From positions 436 through 64,435 of the forward strand of contig JAUVZF010000008.1 of assembly GCA_030602705.1 (NCBI GenBank): a stretch of DNA of 64,000 nucleotides. The letters run 5' to 3'. This DNA is from Planctomycetota bacterium (GTDB lineage Bacteria; Planctomycetota; Phycisphaerae; FEN-1346). The notes below the pieces were generated by a model, which searched no databases, was not told where the DNA came from, and worked only from the letters and a program-made list of their open reading frames with translations. Shown here one piece after another: positions 1 to 9,429 of the stretch; within the stretch, counting starts at the first letter, position 1, and each line of letters begins with the position of its first letter. A program made the translations under genes and the position numbers.

Positions 1-2
1 CG

Positions 3-947
3 AAACTGGCAACCGACAGGTGGACGCGCAAGCACCTCCTGGGCCTCGAGGACACCACGGCCGACGAGATCCTGGCCGTCCTCGATACGGCCAACGAGTT
101 TTTCCCGTGCTGCACCGGCCGCCGGCCCGCGCCGCGCCTGCTCGAAGGCCGGACCATCCTGAACCTCTTCTGCGAAGATTCCACGCGGACGCGGACCTCC
201 TTCACGTTCGCCGGCGAACGCCTCGGCGCCCGCGTCTACCAGTTCCACGCCGCCACCAGCAGCCTGAAGAAGAACGAATCGCTGGCCGACACGGTCCGCA
301 ACATCGATGCGATGGGCCTGGACGCCATCGTCATCCGCCACCCGCAGCGCGGGGCGCCGCAGCGGGTGGCCGAATACGTCGGTTGCTCGGTCCTCAGCGC
401 CGGCGACGACGCCTACGAGCACCCCACCCAGGCGCTGCTCGACATGCTCGCCGTCCGCCGCAAGACCGGAAGGTTCGAGGGCCTGACCCTTGCCCTCGTC
501 GGCGACGTGCAGCACAGCCGCGTCGCACGGTCGAACCTGTTCGGCTGGTCGAAGTTCGGAAACCGCGTCGTCTTCGTCGGGCCGCAGGTCTTCACCCACG
601 ACCTGGACGTGGAGGTGGAGGTGACGGAGGATTTCGACGCCGTCCTGCCCGAGTGCGACGTCATCATGATGCTCCGCGTCCAGTTCGAGCGGCACGAGCA
701 CCTGGCGTTCGACATCGACGACTACATCCGCGACTACCAGTTGACGCCCGCGCGGCTGGCGAAGGCCAAACCGGGGGCGCTGGTCCTGCATCCGGGGCCC
801 ATCAACCGCGGCATCGAACTCGTCAACGAGGTCGCCGACGGGCCGCAGAGCCTCATCCTGTACCAGGCGACGTGCGGCGTGGCCGTGCGGATGGCGGCAC
901 TGAGCCTGTGCATCGCCGCACTCGACGCCGAACGCCAGTCTGGTTAG
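3..947 (+). CDS. pyrB: Aspartate carbamoyltransferase catalytic subunit (5' partial; the ORF is open from the window start)
   Basis: Frame upstream of ORF 312 reads KHLLGLED...FCEDSTRTRTSF; also EHPTQALLD, GDVQHSRVARS, MLRVQFER, LHPGPINRG; followed by pyrC. Confidence 0.95.
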   Translation, partial: KLATDRWTRKHLLGLEDTTADEILAVLDTANEFFPCCTGRRPAPRLLEGRTILNLFCEDSTRTRTSFTFAGERLGARVYQFHAATSSLKKNESLADTVRNIDAMGLDAIVIRHPQRGAPQRVAEYVGCSVLSAGDDAYEHPTQALLDMLAVRRKTGRFEGLTLALVGDVQHSRVARSNLFGWSKFGNRVVFVGPQVFTHDLDVEVEVTEDFDAVLPECDVIMMLRVQFERHEHLAFDIDDYIRDYQLTPARLAKAKPGALVLHPGPINRGIELVNEVADGPQSLILYQATCGVAVRMAALSLCIAALDAERQSG

Positions 948-969
948 CCGCCGCGCTTGCGCGGCGCGT
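944..969. repeat. Palindromic repeat family C (TTAGCCGCCGCGCTTGCGCGGCGCGT)
   Basis: Reverse complement of the core of the tandem units at 45323-45457; overlaps the pyrB stop. Confidence 0.75.
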
Positions 970-993
970 GCCGTTTACAGCAGGCAACACCCA

Positions 994-2295
994 ATGACCC
1001 GCATACTCCTGACCGGCGGCCGCATCATCGACCCCGCCTGCGGACGCGACTCGCCGGGCGACCTGCTCATCGAAGACGACCGCATCGCCGCCGTCGGCGA
1101 CGTGGGCGTTGGCGCCGAGGCCGGCACGGTTCTGGACTGCGCGGGCCTGCTCGTCGTCCCCGGGCTGATCGACCTGCACGTCCATCTGCGGGAGGCCCCG
1201 TTTTCTGAAAACCCGGACGATTTCGCCGAGACCGTGGCCGACGGGGCGGCGGCGGCGGTGGCGGGCGGGTTCACGACCGTCTGCGCCATGCCCAACACCA
1301 CACCGCCCCTCGACTCGGCCGACGCCGTCGCTTGGTACGTCGCCCGCGCCCGCGAAGCCAACCTCGCCCGCGTGCTGCCTGTCGGGTGCATGACGTGCGG
1401 CCGCCGCGGCCGCATCGTGGCCAACTTTGTTGCCATGCGCGACGCCGGCGCGTGTGCTTTCAGCGACGACGGCTCCGACGTGGCCGACGACGAGGTGTTC
1501 GAGGAGGCCCTTCGCGAGGCCGCGCGGATCGAGATGCCCGTCTTCTGCCACTGCGAAAACGCAGCGCTGGCGGCGGGCGGCGTCATTCACGATTCACCCC
1601 TCGCGACGGCCCTCGGGCTGCCCGGCCTCTCGCGCGACGCCGAGGACGTGGCCGTCGCGCGGGCCTGCGAGGCCGCAAGCCGCACAGGCTGCCGCGTCCA
1701 CATCCAGCACGTCTCGACCGAGGGGGCGGTCCAGGCCGTCCGACGGGCCAAGGCCGACGGGGCGCCCGTCACGGCCGAGGCCACGCCGCACCATCTGACG
1801 CTTACGGTGGACGCCCTCGCCGGCCGCAACACCGTTTTCAAGGTCAACCCGCCGCTTCGCAGCGCCCACGACACCGGCGCCGTGTTGGCCGCCGTCCGCG
1901 ACGGCACCATCGATTGCCTGGCGACCGACCACGCTCCCCACACGGCCGAGGCGAAGGCCCGGCGTCTGGGGGACGCCGCATTCGGCATGATCGGCCTGGA
2001 GTCGGCCCTGGGGGTTTGCGCGACCGCACTCGTCGAAACGCCGCTGATGACGTGGCCGGAACTCATCCAGCGCATGACGGCGGCCCCGGCGCACGTCCTC
2101 GGGCTCGACGCCGGCACGCTGGCCCCCGGCGCGCGCGCCGACGTAACGGTCATCGATCCGGCAGCGCGGTGGACGATCGACCCCGGGCGGTTCGCATCGA
2201 AGGCGCGGAACTGCCCGTTCGCCGGCCGCGAGGTCAAAGGGCGGGTGGTGCGGACGCTTGTCGGCGGCGGGATTGTTTACGAGGCGGCGGAGTAG
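994..2295 (+). CDS. pyrC: Dihydroorotase
   Basis: DLHVHLRE, GGFTTVCAMPNT, FKVNPPLR, ATDHAPH, SKARNCPF; adjacent to pyrB. Confidence 0.95.
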   Translation: MTRILLTGGRIIDPACGRDSPGDLLIEDDRIAAVGDVGVGAEAGTVLDCAGLLVVPGLIDLHVHLREAPFSENPDDFAETVADGAAAAVAGGFTTVCAMPNTTPPLDSADAVAWYVARAREANLARVLPVGCMTCGRRGRIVANFVAMRDAGACAFSDDGSDVADDEVFEEALREAARIEMPVFCHCENAALAAGGVIHDSPLATALGLPGLSRDAEDVAVARACEAASRTGCRVHIQHVSTEGAVQAVRRAKADGAPVTAEATPHHLTLTVDALAGRNTVFKVNPPLRSAHDTGAVLAAVRDGTIDCLATDHAPHTAEAKARRLGDAAFGMIGLESALGVCATALVETPLMTWPELIQRMTAAPAHVLGLDAGTLAPGARADVTVIDPAARWTIDPGRFASKARNCPFAGREVKGRVVRTLVGGGIVYEAAE

Positions 2296-2319
2296 CACCG
2301 GCAGGCTAAGCAGGGTCAG

Positions 2320-2520
2320 GTAAGTCTTTTGCCGTCGGGTGCCATGCCCACGCTTGCGTGTGCATGCCGTGGCGAGACCTGATTGGGCTCGTAGCCCAGG
2401 GGCTTGCGCCGCTTACTTACGTGCGCGGCTAGTTTTCTCACGGGGCTGGTCGGGCGCGAGTGTAAAATAGCCGCGAGCGTAAGCGAGCGGGTGCCGCTCT
2501 CGCCACAGCAAAAGACTTAC
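2320..2520. repeat. Intergenic segment bounded by a 13-bp inverted repeat, with nested hairpins
   Basis: GTAAGTCTTTTGC (2320) and GCAAAAGACTTAC (2508-2520); internal palindrome CATGCCCACGCTTGCGTGTGCATG. Confidence 0.55.
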
Positions 2521-2530
2521 GTAAGACCGC

Positions 2531-2857
2531 TTAGAACAGATCCAGCGCCAGTTCCTTCGCGAACTTCAGGGCCACGCCTGTGCCCATCTGCCCCGGCGCG
2601 GGACGGTCGCAGCGGATGACCTGGGCGTGGGCGGCGAACTGTTCCAGGAAGAACGTGTTGGCCGTGTCGCGCGGGACGGTCAACTGAACGTATACTTCGC
2701 GTCCGAGTTCCAGCCCCCTGTCCACGACAAAGTACACACCCCCATCGCAGACGTTGACCGTCCGGGCCCGCACGTCACCCCCACCGGGCGACTCGATGCG
2801 CAGCCGACAGGGAAGATCGAAACGGCGATGTTTGCGGCGTTCGGATGAGGTGGCCAT
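2531..2857 (-). CDS. Single-domain PilZ protein (putative c-di-GMP receptor)
   Basis: ATG at 2857 after AAGGAG; ERRKHRR (RxxxR) and NVCDGG (D/NxSxxG-like) motifs; 108 aa. Confidence 0.85.
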   Translation of the reverse strand: MATSSERRKHRRFDLPCRLRIESPGGGDVRARTVNVCDGGVYFVVDRGLELGREVYVQLTVPRDTANTFFLEQFAAHAQVIRCDRPAPGQMGTGVALKFAKELALDLF

Positions 2858-3065
2858 GCGAACGCTCCTTGTGCGCCCAGCCGCACGATATGCAGCCGAC
2901 GGGGAATACCCTCCATCGGCCGGACTTCCGACTCCTTCAGGGTACACTAACGTCCCAGGCTTTTCAAGCATAATCTTCTTCCGACGAGTGCCCATTATCA
3001 CCAACACGGGCCGACCCGCGCCTGCTGCCGCTCGCGGCGATGGACAGCAGCCGCGGGGAACGGGC

Positions 3066-3202
3066 AAAAAGGTTCCAGGAACCTTTTCTGCGTAGCACCC
3101 TCCGGGCCCTTCAGGGAAAAGGTTCCTGGAACCTTTTCCCGAAAAAGACCGATACACGGCCAGAAACGCCGAAACCGCGAAAAAGGTTCCTGGAACCTTT
3201 TT
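3066..3202. repeat. Family A cluster: three AAAAGGTTCCWGGAACCTTTT palindromes
   Basis: Palindromes at 3066, 3117 and 3180; the last two and their linker match the reverse complement of the units flanking the Y1 transposase. Confidence 0.9.
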
Positions 3203-3382
3203 GCCCTTACGCTCGTGATGCCAGCCGTATTCGCGCCTATGCCCGCCGGCACGGATGCCCGCGTGCCCCCGACGGGCCGTCCCAAGCGAAAGCATGGCGC
3301 CCGGCTAAGACTGGTGGGACGAGGCCGCTGCGGCCGCGTCACTGCCCTTCCGTGCAGCGGCGCGAGCCGGTACAATACCGCC

Positions 3383-4471
3383 ATGAGCGGCGAGAAGGTG
3401 GTGGTGGCGATGTCGGGCGGTGTGGATTCGTCGGTGGCGGCGCATCTGCTGAAGGAACATGGATACGAGGTGCTGGGCGTCTTCATGTGCGCGGGGCTGG
3501 GTCTGGAAGCGTCGGCCGGCGGTCCGCCGCGATGTTGCTCTCCCGAGGACAGCGCGGGCGCTCGGGCGGTGGCGGGGCAGTTGGGCTTTCCCTTCGCGGT
3601 GCTCGACTTCGCCCCGGACTTCGACCGTCTCATCGACCACTTCTGCACCGAGTACGGTCGCGGCCGCACGCCCAACCCGTGCATCCTGTGCAACCGCGAC
3701 CTGAAGTTCGGCCGCCTGTTCGAGTACGCCGACGCCATGGGGGCGCGGTGCGTGGCGACGGGCCACTACGCCCGGGTCGAGTGGGAAGCGGGCCAATGGC
3801 ACCTGAAGCGAGCCCTGGACCGTACGAAGGACCAGTCGTACTTCCTCTTTCCGATTCCGCCGCAGCGCCTGGAACGGGTGCGGCTGCCGCTCGGCGAGAT
3901 GACCAAGGATGCGACCCGCCGCCTGGCACGCGACCTGGGCCTGCCGGTCCACGACCGGCCGGAGAGCCAGGACATCTGTTTCGTGGAGCGCGGCGTCGGC
4001 GACCTCATACGAGCGCGTCGACCGGACCTGGTGCGGCCGGGGCCCATCCTCGACCTCGATGGCAACGAACTCGGGCGGCACGAGGGCATCGTGCATTTCA
4101 CGATCGGCCAGCGCCGCGGGCTCGGCATCGCGGTGGGCCGGCCGCGGTACGTCGTGGCGATACGGGCCGAGGACGCGGCGGTGGTCGTGGGACCGGCCGA
4201 GGCGCTGCGGTCGCGTGGCCTGGCGGCCGAGGAGGTGGTCTGGCACGAGACGGTGCCGGCCGAGCCGATTCGCGCAGACGTGCAGATACGCTATCGGCAT
4301 CCGGCGGCGCCGGCGTGGATCGCGCGGCCGGATGGGGAGACCGACGGGGGCGGCCGGGCCGAGGTCACGTTCGACGAGCCGCAGGCCGCCGTCACGCCCG
4401 GCCAGGCCGCCGTGTTCTATCGCGACGATCGCGTGCTCGGCGGGGGATGGATAGCCGAGGCGCGGGGGTGA
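3383..4471 (+). CDS. mnmA: tRNA 2-thiouridine(34) synthase
   Basis: AMSGGVDSSV, TPNPCILCN, ATGHYA, KDQSYFL, ESQDICF, TIGQRRGLG, VTPGQ. Confidence 0.96.
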   Translation: MSGEKVVVAMSGGVDSSVAAHLLKEHGYEVLGVFMCAGLGLEASAGGPPRCCSPEDSAGARAVAGQLGFPFAVLDFAPDFDRLIDHFCTEYGRGRTPNPCILCNRDLKFGRLFEYADAMGARCVATGHYARVEWEAGQWHLKRALDRTKDQSYFLFPIPPQRLERVRLPLGEMTKDATRRLARDLGLPVHDRPESQDICFVERGVGDLIRARRPDLVRPGPILDLDGNELGRHEGIVHFTIGQRRGLGIAVGRPRYVVAIRAEDAAVVVGPAEALRSRGLAAEEVVWHETVPAEPIRADVQIRYRHPAAPAWIARPDGETDGGGRAEVTFDEPQAAVTPGQAAVFYRDDRVLGGGWIAEARG

Positions 4472-4511
4472 GGGCGCCATGGCGATGGGAGGGGGCGGCG
4501 CGTGAGGGCGT

Positions 4512-4586
4512 GACCGGGAGCTTCCGCTCCCGGCTCGAACGACAAGACGGCCAAAACGCACGGCCGGGCAAGACCGGCCGTGGCAC
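4512..4586. repeat. Two adjacent palindromic repeats (family I at ~4512-4539; family B at 4559-4586)
   Basis: GACCGGGAGCTTCCGCTCCCGGCTCGAA resembles the reverse complement of 10399-10427; CACGGCCGGGCAAGACCGGCCGTGGCAC recurs at 4908 and 31457. Confidence 0.7.
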
Positions 4587-4605
4587 ATCTCGTTAGCGAA
4601 CAGGC

Positions 4606-5718
4606 ATGAAGCACATCGTCATCATCCACGCGGGGGCCGTCGGCGACCTGGTGCAGGCGCTGCCGGCGATGGCGGCCGTGCGGGCGGCGTGGCCGGAGGC
4701 GACGGTCACGCTGGTCGGCCGGCCCGAGCGTGCGGCGCTCGCGGTCCTGGCGGGGGCGGCCGAAAGGATCGTGGACCTGGAGACGTGCGGCCTGTGGCGG
4801 CTGATGGGTGAGGCCGCAGACGCCACTGCCCTGCACGTCCTGGACGGTGCGGACCTGGTGGTCGATCTGCTGACGAAGGGAGCGCTGGCGGCAGGGTTCA
4901 AGAAAAGCACGGCCGGGCAAGCCTGCCCTGAGCCCGCCGAACGGGGCCGGCCGTGGCACACCTACACCTGTCACCCCGAGCGAAGCCGAGGGGTCTCGCC
5001 TTTCGACACCGCCAGAAGCACAGACAACGGCGAGATTCCTCCACTCGTCCCGACTGCGCCGGGACTCGGTCGGAATGACAGGCTGGTGGTCTCGGTCGAT
5101 CCTTTGCCGCCGGAGGGATGGCACCGGAGCGCGGCGGCGTGGATCACGGGCCAGGTGTGTGAGGCCCTGAGTCTGGATGCACCATGCGAGACGCCGTGTA
5201 TCCGCCTTCCACAAACGGCCGAAGACGCGGCGCGCACGCTGCTGGCGTCGCGCGGCGTGGGGGAGCGTTTCGTCGCCGTCCATCCCGGAAGCGGCTCGAC
5301 GACGAAGAACTGGCCGCTGGATCGCTTCGAGGCAGTTGCGCGCCGTGTGCGGCAAGAGACGTCGCGCGGCGTGGTGTGGCTCATCGGCCCGGCCGAACAG
5401 GAACGTGGGACGCTGCCGCACGGGGCGAGCGGCGACACGGTCATGGCAAACCTGGCGCTCGTGGACGTCGCGGGCCTCCTGGCACTGGCCGACGCGTATC
5501 TCGGAAACGATTCGGGTATCACGCAAATTGCGGCGGCCGTGCGGCGGCGCGACGGCCGTACCACGCCGACGGTGGCGCTGTTCGGTCCGACGGACCCGCG
5601 TGTGTGGGCTCCGTGCGGCGAGCACGTGCGGGTCGTCGCGGCGGCGGCGGACGGGAAGATGGAGAGTATCGGCGTCGAAGAAGTCGGCGAGGCGGTGGCG
5701 GCGATGCTGATACGATAA
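4606..5718 (+). CDS. Glycosyltransferase family 9 (heptosyltransferase-like) with an in-frame repeat-derived insertion
   Basis: GAVGDLV, VHPGSGSTTKNWP, YLGNDSGITQIAAA, ALFGPTDP. Confidence 0.9.
   Translation: MKHIVIIHAGAVGDLVQALPAMAAVRAAWPEATVTLVGRPERAALAVLAGAAERIVDLETCGLWRLMGEAADATALHVLDGADLVVDLLTKGALAAGFKKSTAGQACPEPAERGRPWHTYTCHPERSRGVSPFDTARSTDNGEIPPLVPTAPGLGRNDRLVVSVDPLPPEGWHRSAAAWITGQVCEALSLDAPCETPCIRLPQTAEDAARTLLASRGVGERFVAVHPGSGSTTKNWPLDRFEAVARRVRQETSRGVVWLIGPAEQERGTLPHGASGDTVMANLALVDVAGLLALADAYLGNDSGITQIAAAVRRRDGRTTPTVALFGPTDPRVWAPCGEHVRVVAAAADGKMESIGVEEVGEAVAAMLIR
4908..5080. repeat. Composite palindromic repeat (B + 25-nt element + E) inside the GT9 CDS
   Basis: 4969-5080 (TGTCACCCCGAGCG...GGAATGACA) matches the reverse complement of intergenic 20968-21073, sharing ACGGCGAGATTCCTC and CGGAATGACA. 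Confidence 0.85.
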
Positions 5719-5774
5719 CCAGACGACGACAACAACACCCCCGATTACCATCGGGGGTTAGTCATGCTGCTTCT

Positions 5775-7787
5775 TCATGGACCACTGCGTCCGCCCGGCG
5801 GCTCACCCCGGGGCACGGCGGGCGGCTGCCACGTTTGCGGTTGGGTCCCCTCGCGCGCCGGGGCGCCCATAATGCCAGGCGGCGACATCAGCCCCCCGGC
5901 CATGGCCGCATGGAACCCATAGAACATCACACGGGCAAGGCCGTGCCGGATAACCGGGATGGTCCGCGTCAGTTCGGAGGCCGGCACGTCGAAATCGAGA
6001 CGGACGGTTCGGTCATCGACCCGGACGGCCACGAGCATCGGCTCGCCGATGGCCGGAACGTCGAGGCGCGGCAGGAGCGCCTCCTCGTAGCCCCGCTTCG
6101 CATAGGGCGGAAGCATCATGGGAAACACGCGCTCGAGCATCGTATCGACGAGGTATCCATAGGCGGGGAGCGAGACGAGCACAACGGCGCCGCTGCCGCT
6201 TGGGACGCGTGCCAGGGCGGCGCGAACCGCCTCCTGGTTCGCCAGGTCCGCATCCCCGGCTTGGAGGTTCTTGATGGCCCGAGCCATGACGTCGGCGCCA
6301 CCCATGGTCACGACGGCCCGGTCTCCGCAGACGGCGACGCGCATAACCAGCCCCTCCGGACCATAGATCCCGTCGATCATGCCCTTGAAGCCGGCACGGA
6401 CCTGGGGCGGCGCGTCCGCGGGCGGCGTCATGTCGAACTTGAAGCGGATCACGTCCACGGAGAGGCCCTCGATGGTCTCGGCGGCCTCGTGGTACTCGAC
6501 CCCCATGTCCATCTTGGGTGCGTCGGGCGTCTTGGGAATCATCCCGAGCATGGCCTTGTAGAACCCGTCGATGGTCTCCATGCTCTTTTTCATCAAGGCG
6601 CGATAGGCCGCGCCGTCCTTCAGGGCAACGATCTGGGTCATGCGGTAAACACCCTGATCGGCCTCGGGAATCTCCATGAGGACGGCAGTCTGGTCGCCGA
6701 GCACGTTGCCCTGCTCGTCGATCATGGCCCACATCTGTTTGACGGCTTTGTCCAGCGGCTGCATGACGGCGGGCGGCTGGGCGGCGTCCTGGCCGGCCGC
6801 CTGCTTTGCCATGGCCTTTTCCATCATCTCGAACACGGCGTCCATGACGGGCTCGAGGAAGGCCTTGAGCCGGGTTCCCGCCTCGGCCTGGTCGATGCGG
6901 CTCCAGGAGGCCAGGAGGAACCGATCGGTGGGCGGCAGCGCCGCCTCATAGGTTTCGATGGGCTTCAGGGTCTTGGCAATCGCCAGGAGCGATGCGTCCT
7001 GCCGCAGCGTCAGGCCGACGCGCAGCGCCCCGTGGCCGCCGTCCGCATCCAGAGCGATTTCGAGATCCTCGATCTGCTGGACCAGGTCTTCGAGCCACTC
7101 GAACAACTTGACCTGTTTCGACGGGGTCTCGGCGGTGTGCCTTTTCTGTAACCGCTCCTTCGCCCTCCGGATCTCGGGCAGGACCCTGTCGGCCAGCGGC
7201 TTGGCGTTGACGCGCACCCAGGCGAGGTTGGCGGCGATCCGGTCGGCCATCTGTTCGTCGGGGGCAAAGCGCGGCCCGGCCGCCTGGAACGCCTTCAGGG
7301 CCGCCGGCCCGCCGGAGAAGGCGACCCAGTTGTCCATCCGCATCGCAAAGATCGTGGGTGCGCTCCCCACGGCGGGCTTGATTTTGAGAATGCCGCCCTC
7401 AACCGTCTCGCCCTTCAGCCGCTCGCGATCTTTCAGATGCATCAGGAAGACGACGCCGGGGCCGTCCGGGCCTATCAGGACCGTCCATCCGACCGGTTGT
7501 TCCGGGTCGCCGACCCCGGGGGGCAGGAGGCTGAACGGAACGGCAACCAAGGTGGCGAGTTCGGGACCCGCAAAGGCGTTCAGATTGTCCACGAGCGCCC
7601 GCGGGCTCCGGAACGTGCCGACCAGGACGGCATCGGCCGGCGCCTGCGCTACCATTTCAAGGAGCGCCTTGCGAAGCGCCGGCGAGACGGCAGGGGCGGG
7701 CGGCGGCGGGGCGGGTTCCGATTCGCAACCTGCCACCAGCAGGGCCACGCCCAATACGGCGAACAGTCCCATTCGTGCCATCTTCAT
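5775..7787 (-). CDS. Hypothetical lipoprotein
   Basis: Long ORF with high GC3; N-terminus MKMARMGLFAVLGVALLVAGC has a lipobox. Confidence 0.75.
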   Translation of the reverse strand: MKMARMGLFAVLGVALLVAGCESEPAPPPPAPAVSPALRKALLEMVAQAPADAVLVGTFRSPRALVDNLNAFAGPELATLVAVPFSLLPPGVGDPEQPVGWTVLIGPDGPGVVFLMHLKDRERLKGETVEGGILKIKPAVGSAPTIFAMRMDNWVAFSGGPAALKAFQAAGPRFAPDEQMADRIAANLAWVRVNAKPLADRVLPEIRRAKERLQKRHTAETPSKQVKLFEWLEDLVQQIEDLEIALDADGGHGALRVGLTLRQDASLLAIAKTLKPIETYEAALPPTDRFLLASWSRIDQAEAGTRLKAFLEPVMDAVFEMMEKAMAKQAAGQDAAQPPAVMQPLDKAVKQMWAMIDEQGNVLGDQTAVLMEIPEADQGVYRMTQIVALKDGAAYRALMKKSMETIDGFYKAMLGMIPKTPDAPKMDMGVEYHEAAETIEGLSVDVIRFKFDMTPPADAPPQVRAGFKGMIDGIYGPEGLVMRVAVCGDRAVVTMGGADVMARAIKNLQAGDADLANQEAVRAALARVPSGSGAVVLVSLPAYGYLVDTMLERVFPMMLPPYAKRGYEEALLPRLDVPAIGEPMLVAVRVDDRTVRLDFDVPASELTRTIPVIRHGLARVMFYGFHAAMAGGLMSPPGIMGAPAREGTQPQTWQPPAVPRGEPPGGRSGP

Positions 7788-7925
7788 GACGACCCCCATT
7801 CTAGCGTCTGCGCGGGTGCATAGTTCCAGGCATCCTGTCGCGCCCAAGCGGCGCGAACCGACAAGACGCCCGTGTGACCATTATCCCACCACCGGCAAGC
7901 CGGAACAAGGGCGACGTTCGCTTGG

Positions 7926-7953
7926 GCGCGGCGGGTCGGGAGACCCACCGCGC
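7926..7953. repeat. Palindromic repeat family J (GCGCGGYGGG..CCCACCGCGC)
   Basis: Recurs at 23855-23906 and 27734-27761, with a variant at ~11428-11458. Confidence 0.7.
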
Positions 7954-7969
7954 CAAAGTCGGCGATTCG

Positions 7970-8284
7970 TTATCCGATGACGACGGCCGTGCCGTAGGCC
8001 AGCAGTTCGGCCGCGCCGCCCATGATCACCGACGTCGTGAACCGCATGCTGACGATCGCGTTGGCGCCCAAGCCCTCGGCCGCGGCTACCATGCGGTCGA
8101 TGGCCTGTTCGCGCGATTCGGCCATCAGTTTGGTGTATTCGACGACCTCGCCGCCTATCAGGTTCCGATACGCCGCCTTGATGTCGTGGCCGATGTGGCG
8201 GGCCCGAATCGTGTTGCCGCGCACCAGGCCCAGCGTCTCCTTGATCGTCTTGCCGGGCACCGTGGGTGTGGTGACGAGGATCAT
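7970..8284 (-). CDS. YbjQ / UPF0145 family protein
   Basis: MILVTTPTVPGK..LGLVRG..GGEVVEYTKLMAESREQA..AYGTAV; ATG overlaps the upstream TGA. Confidence 0.92.
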   Translation of the reverse strand: MILVTTPTVPGKTIKETLGLVRGNTIRARHIGHDIKAAYRNLIGGEVVEYTKLMAESREQAIDRMVAAAEGLGANAIVSMRFTTSVIMGGAAELLAYGTAVVIG

Positions 8285-8730
8285 CGTTCGACCTCCCTGG
8301 AGTACCGGTCCACCTTGCGGACGACGAGCCGCTCCCTGAGGAGCGAGACGAACAGGACGACCAGGCCGGCGATGAGGGCACAGACGCCGACCTTCAGGAT
8401 GACCGAGATGGCCGGGTCGCGGATCATCTCTTCGACGATCTTGAACGCACCGTAGCAGAGCGTGAGGATGGCGCCGGCCGAGAGCAGTATCCACCCGATG
8501 CCGCGCTCCAGGCGGTTGTACACTCCGGCCCAGTACCGCTGGAGTTCTTCATCGCCGGGTTCTTTGAACCGCATCATGTTCAGGTCCTCCGTCAGGCGTT
8601 TCAGTTCGGCCAGTTCCGTTCGGCAGGCGTCGCACGAGGCGAGGTGCTCCTCGAAACGTCGCCGCTCCTCCTCCGGCAGTTCGCCGTCGAGATAGGCGCC
8701 GGCCATCCGATTGAACTCGTTACAACTCAT
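8281..8730 (-). CDS. Zinc-finger (zf-HC2) membrane anti-sigma factor
   Basis: AYLDGEL...HLASCDAC (HxxxCxxC), two TM segments, coupled to an ECF sigma gene. Confidence 0.88.
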   Translation of the reverse strand: MSCNEFNRMAGAYLDGELPEEERRRFEEHLASCDACRTELAELKRLTEDLNMMRFKEPGDEELQRYWAGVYNRLERGIGWILLSAGAILTLCYGAFKIVEEMIRDPAISVILKVGVCALIAGLVVLFVSLLRERLVVRKVDRYSREVER

Positions 8731-9272
8731 GAAGATTCTCCTGCCAACGTCTCGCGCAGGGCCCGGCGCGCGCTGTGCAGCCGCGACATAACCGTGCCGA
8801 TGGGTATACCGAGCGCGGCGGCGATACCCTTGTATGACATCTCATGGAAATGCTTCATAAGGATGATCTCGCGGAAGGGGTCCGAGAGTTTCATGACGCC
8901 GCGCCACAGGGCGTCGCGACGCTCGTTTCGCTCGGCCAGGAGGACGGGGTCGCTGTCGCTGGAGGAGTCGCCGTGGCCGTCGGTCAGGGCGACCGTCCGG
9001 CGGCGTGCGCGGCGGCGGAGGCGGCTCCTGCACACGTTCCGCAGAATGGCCGAGTACCACGGATAGAACGGCGAGGAGGTGTTGAACCGCTTGATGTTCC
9101 GCCACGCGCGGACGAAGGCTTCCTGGGAAGCGTCGAGCGCCTCGTGGGGGCAACCGAGCAGCAGGCATGCAGCGCCGGAGGCGCGGCCGGCGTACTTCTT
9201 GACGACGAAACCGAAGGCGTCTCTGTCGCCCGCCCGACACCGCTCCAGCAGCGCCGTTTCGTTTTCGCTCAT
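8727..9272 (-). CDS. ECF RNA polymerase sigma-70 factor
   Basis: DASQEAFVRAW (region 2); SYKGIAAALGIPIGTVMSRLHSAR (region 4). Confidence 0.93.
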   Translation of the reverse strand: MSENETALLERCRAGDRDAFGFVVKKYAGRASGAACLLLGCPHEALDASQEAFVRAWRNIKRFNTSSPFYPWYSAILRNVCRSRLRRRARRRTVALTDGHGDSSSDSDPVLLAERNERRDALWRGVMKLSDPFREIILMKHFHEMSYKGIAAALGIPIGTVMSRLHSARRALRETLAGESS

Positions 9273-9376
9273 AGGTCTGCCTGCCGCCCGCTCGCCGCCA
9301 CACTATACCGACTCGGCGCGGCGCTTATTCGGAAAATTCGGGGGGGGCGGGCATTCCGGCGCTGCCACGCTTTTGC

Positions 9377-9405
9377 TTGACCTCCGTTTCGGGGCAACCT
9401 ATACT
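9377..9405 (+). promoter_or_regulatory. Sigma70-type promoter
   Basis: TTGACC-N17-TATACT, 24 nt upstream of ATG 9430. Confidence 0.6.
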
Positions 9406-9429
9406 GCGGCCGCGAGAGGTGGGGTAACC

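Noticed and set aside
2858-3382. Upstream extensions of the pilZ and mnmA ORFs
   Set aside because: They translate family A palindromes (KKVPGTF / KRFLEPF) or intergenic DNA; better starts exist at 2857 and 3383.
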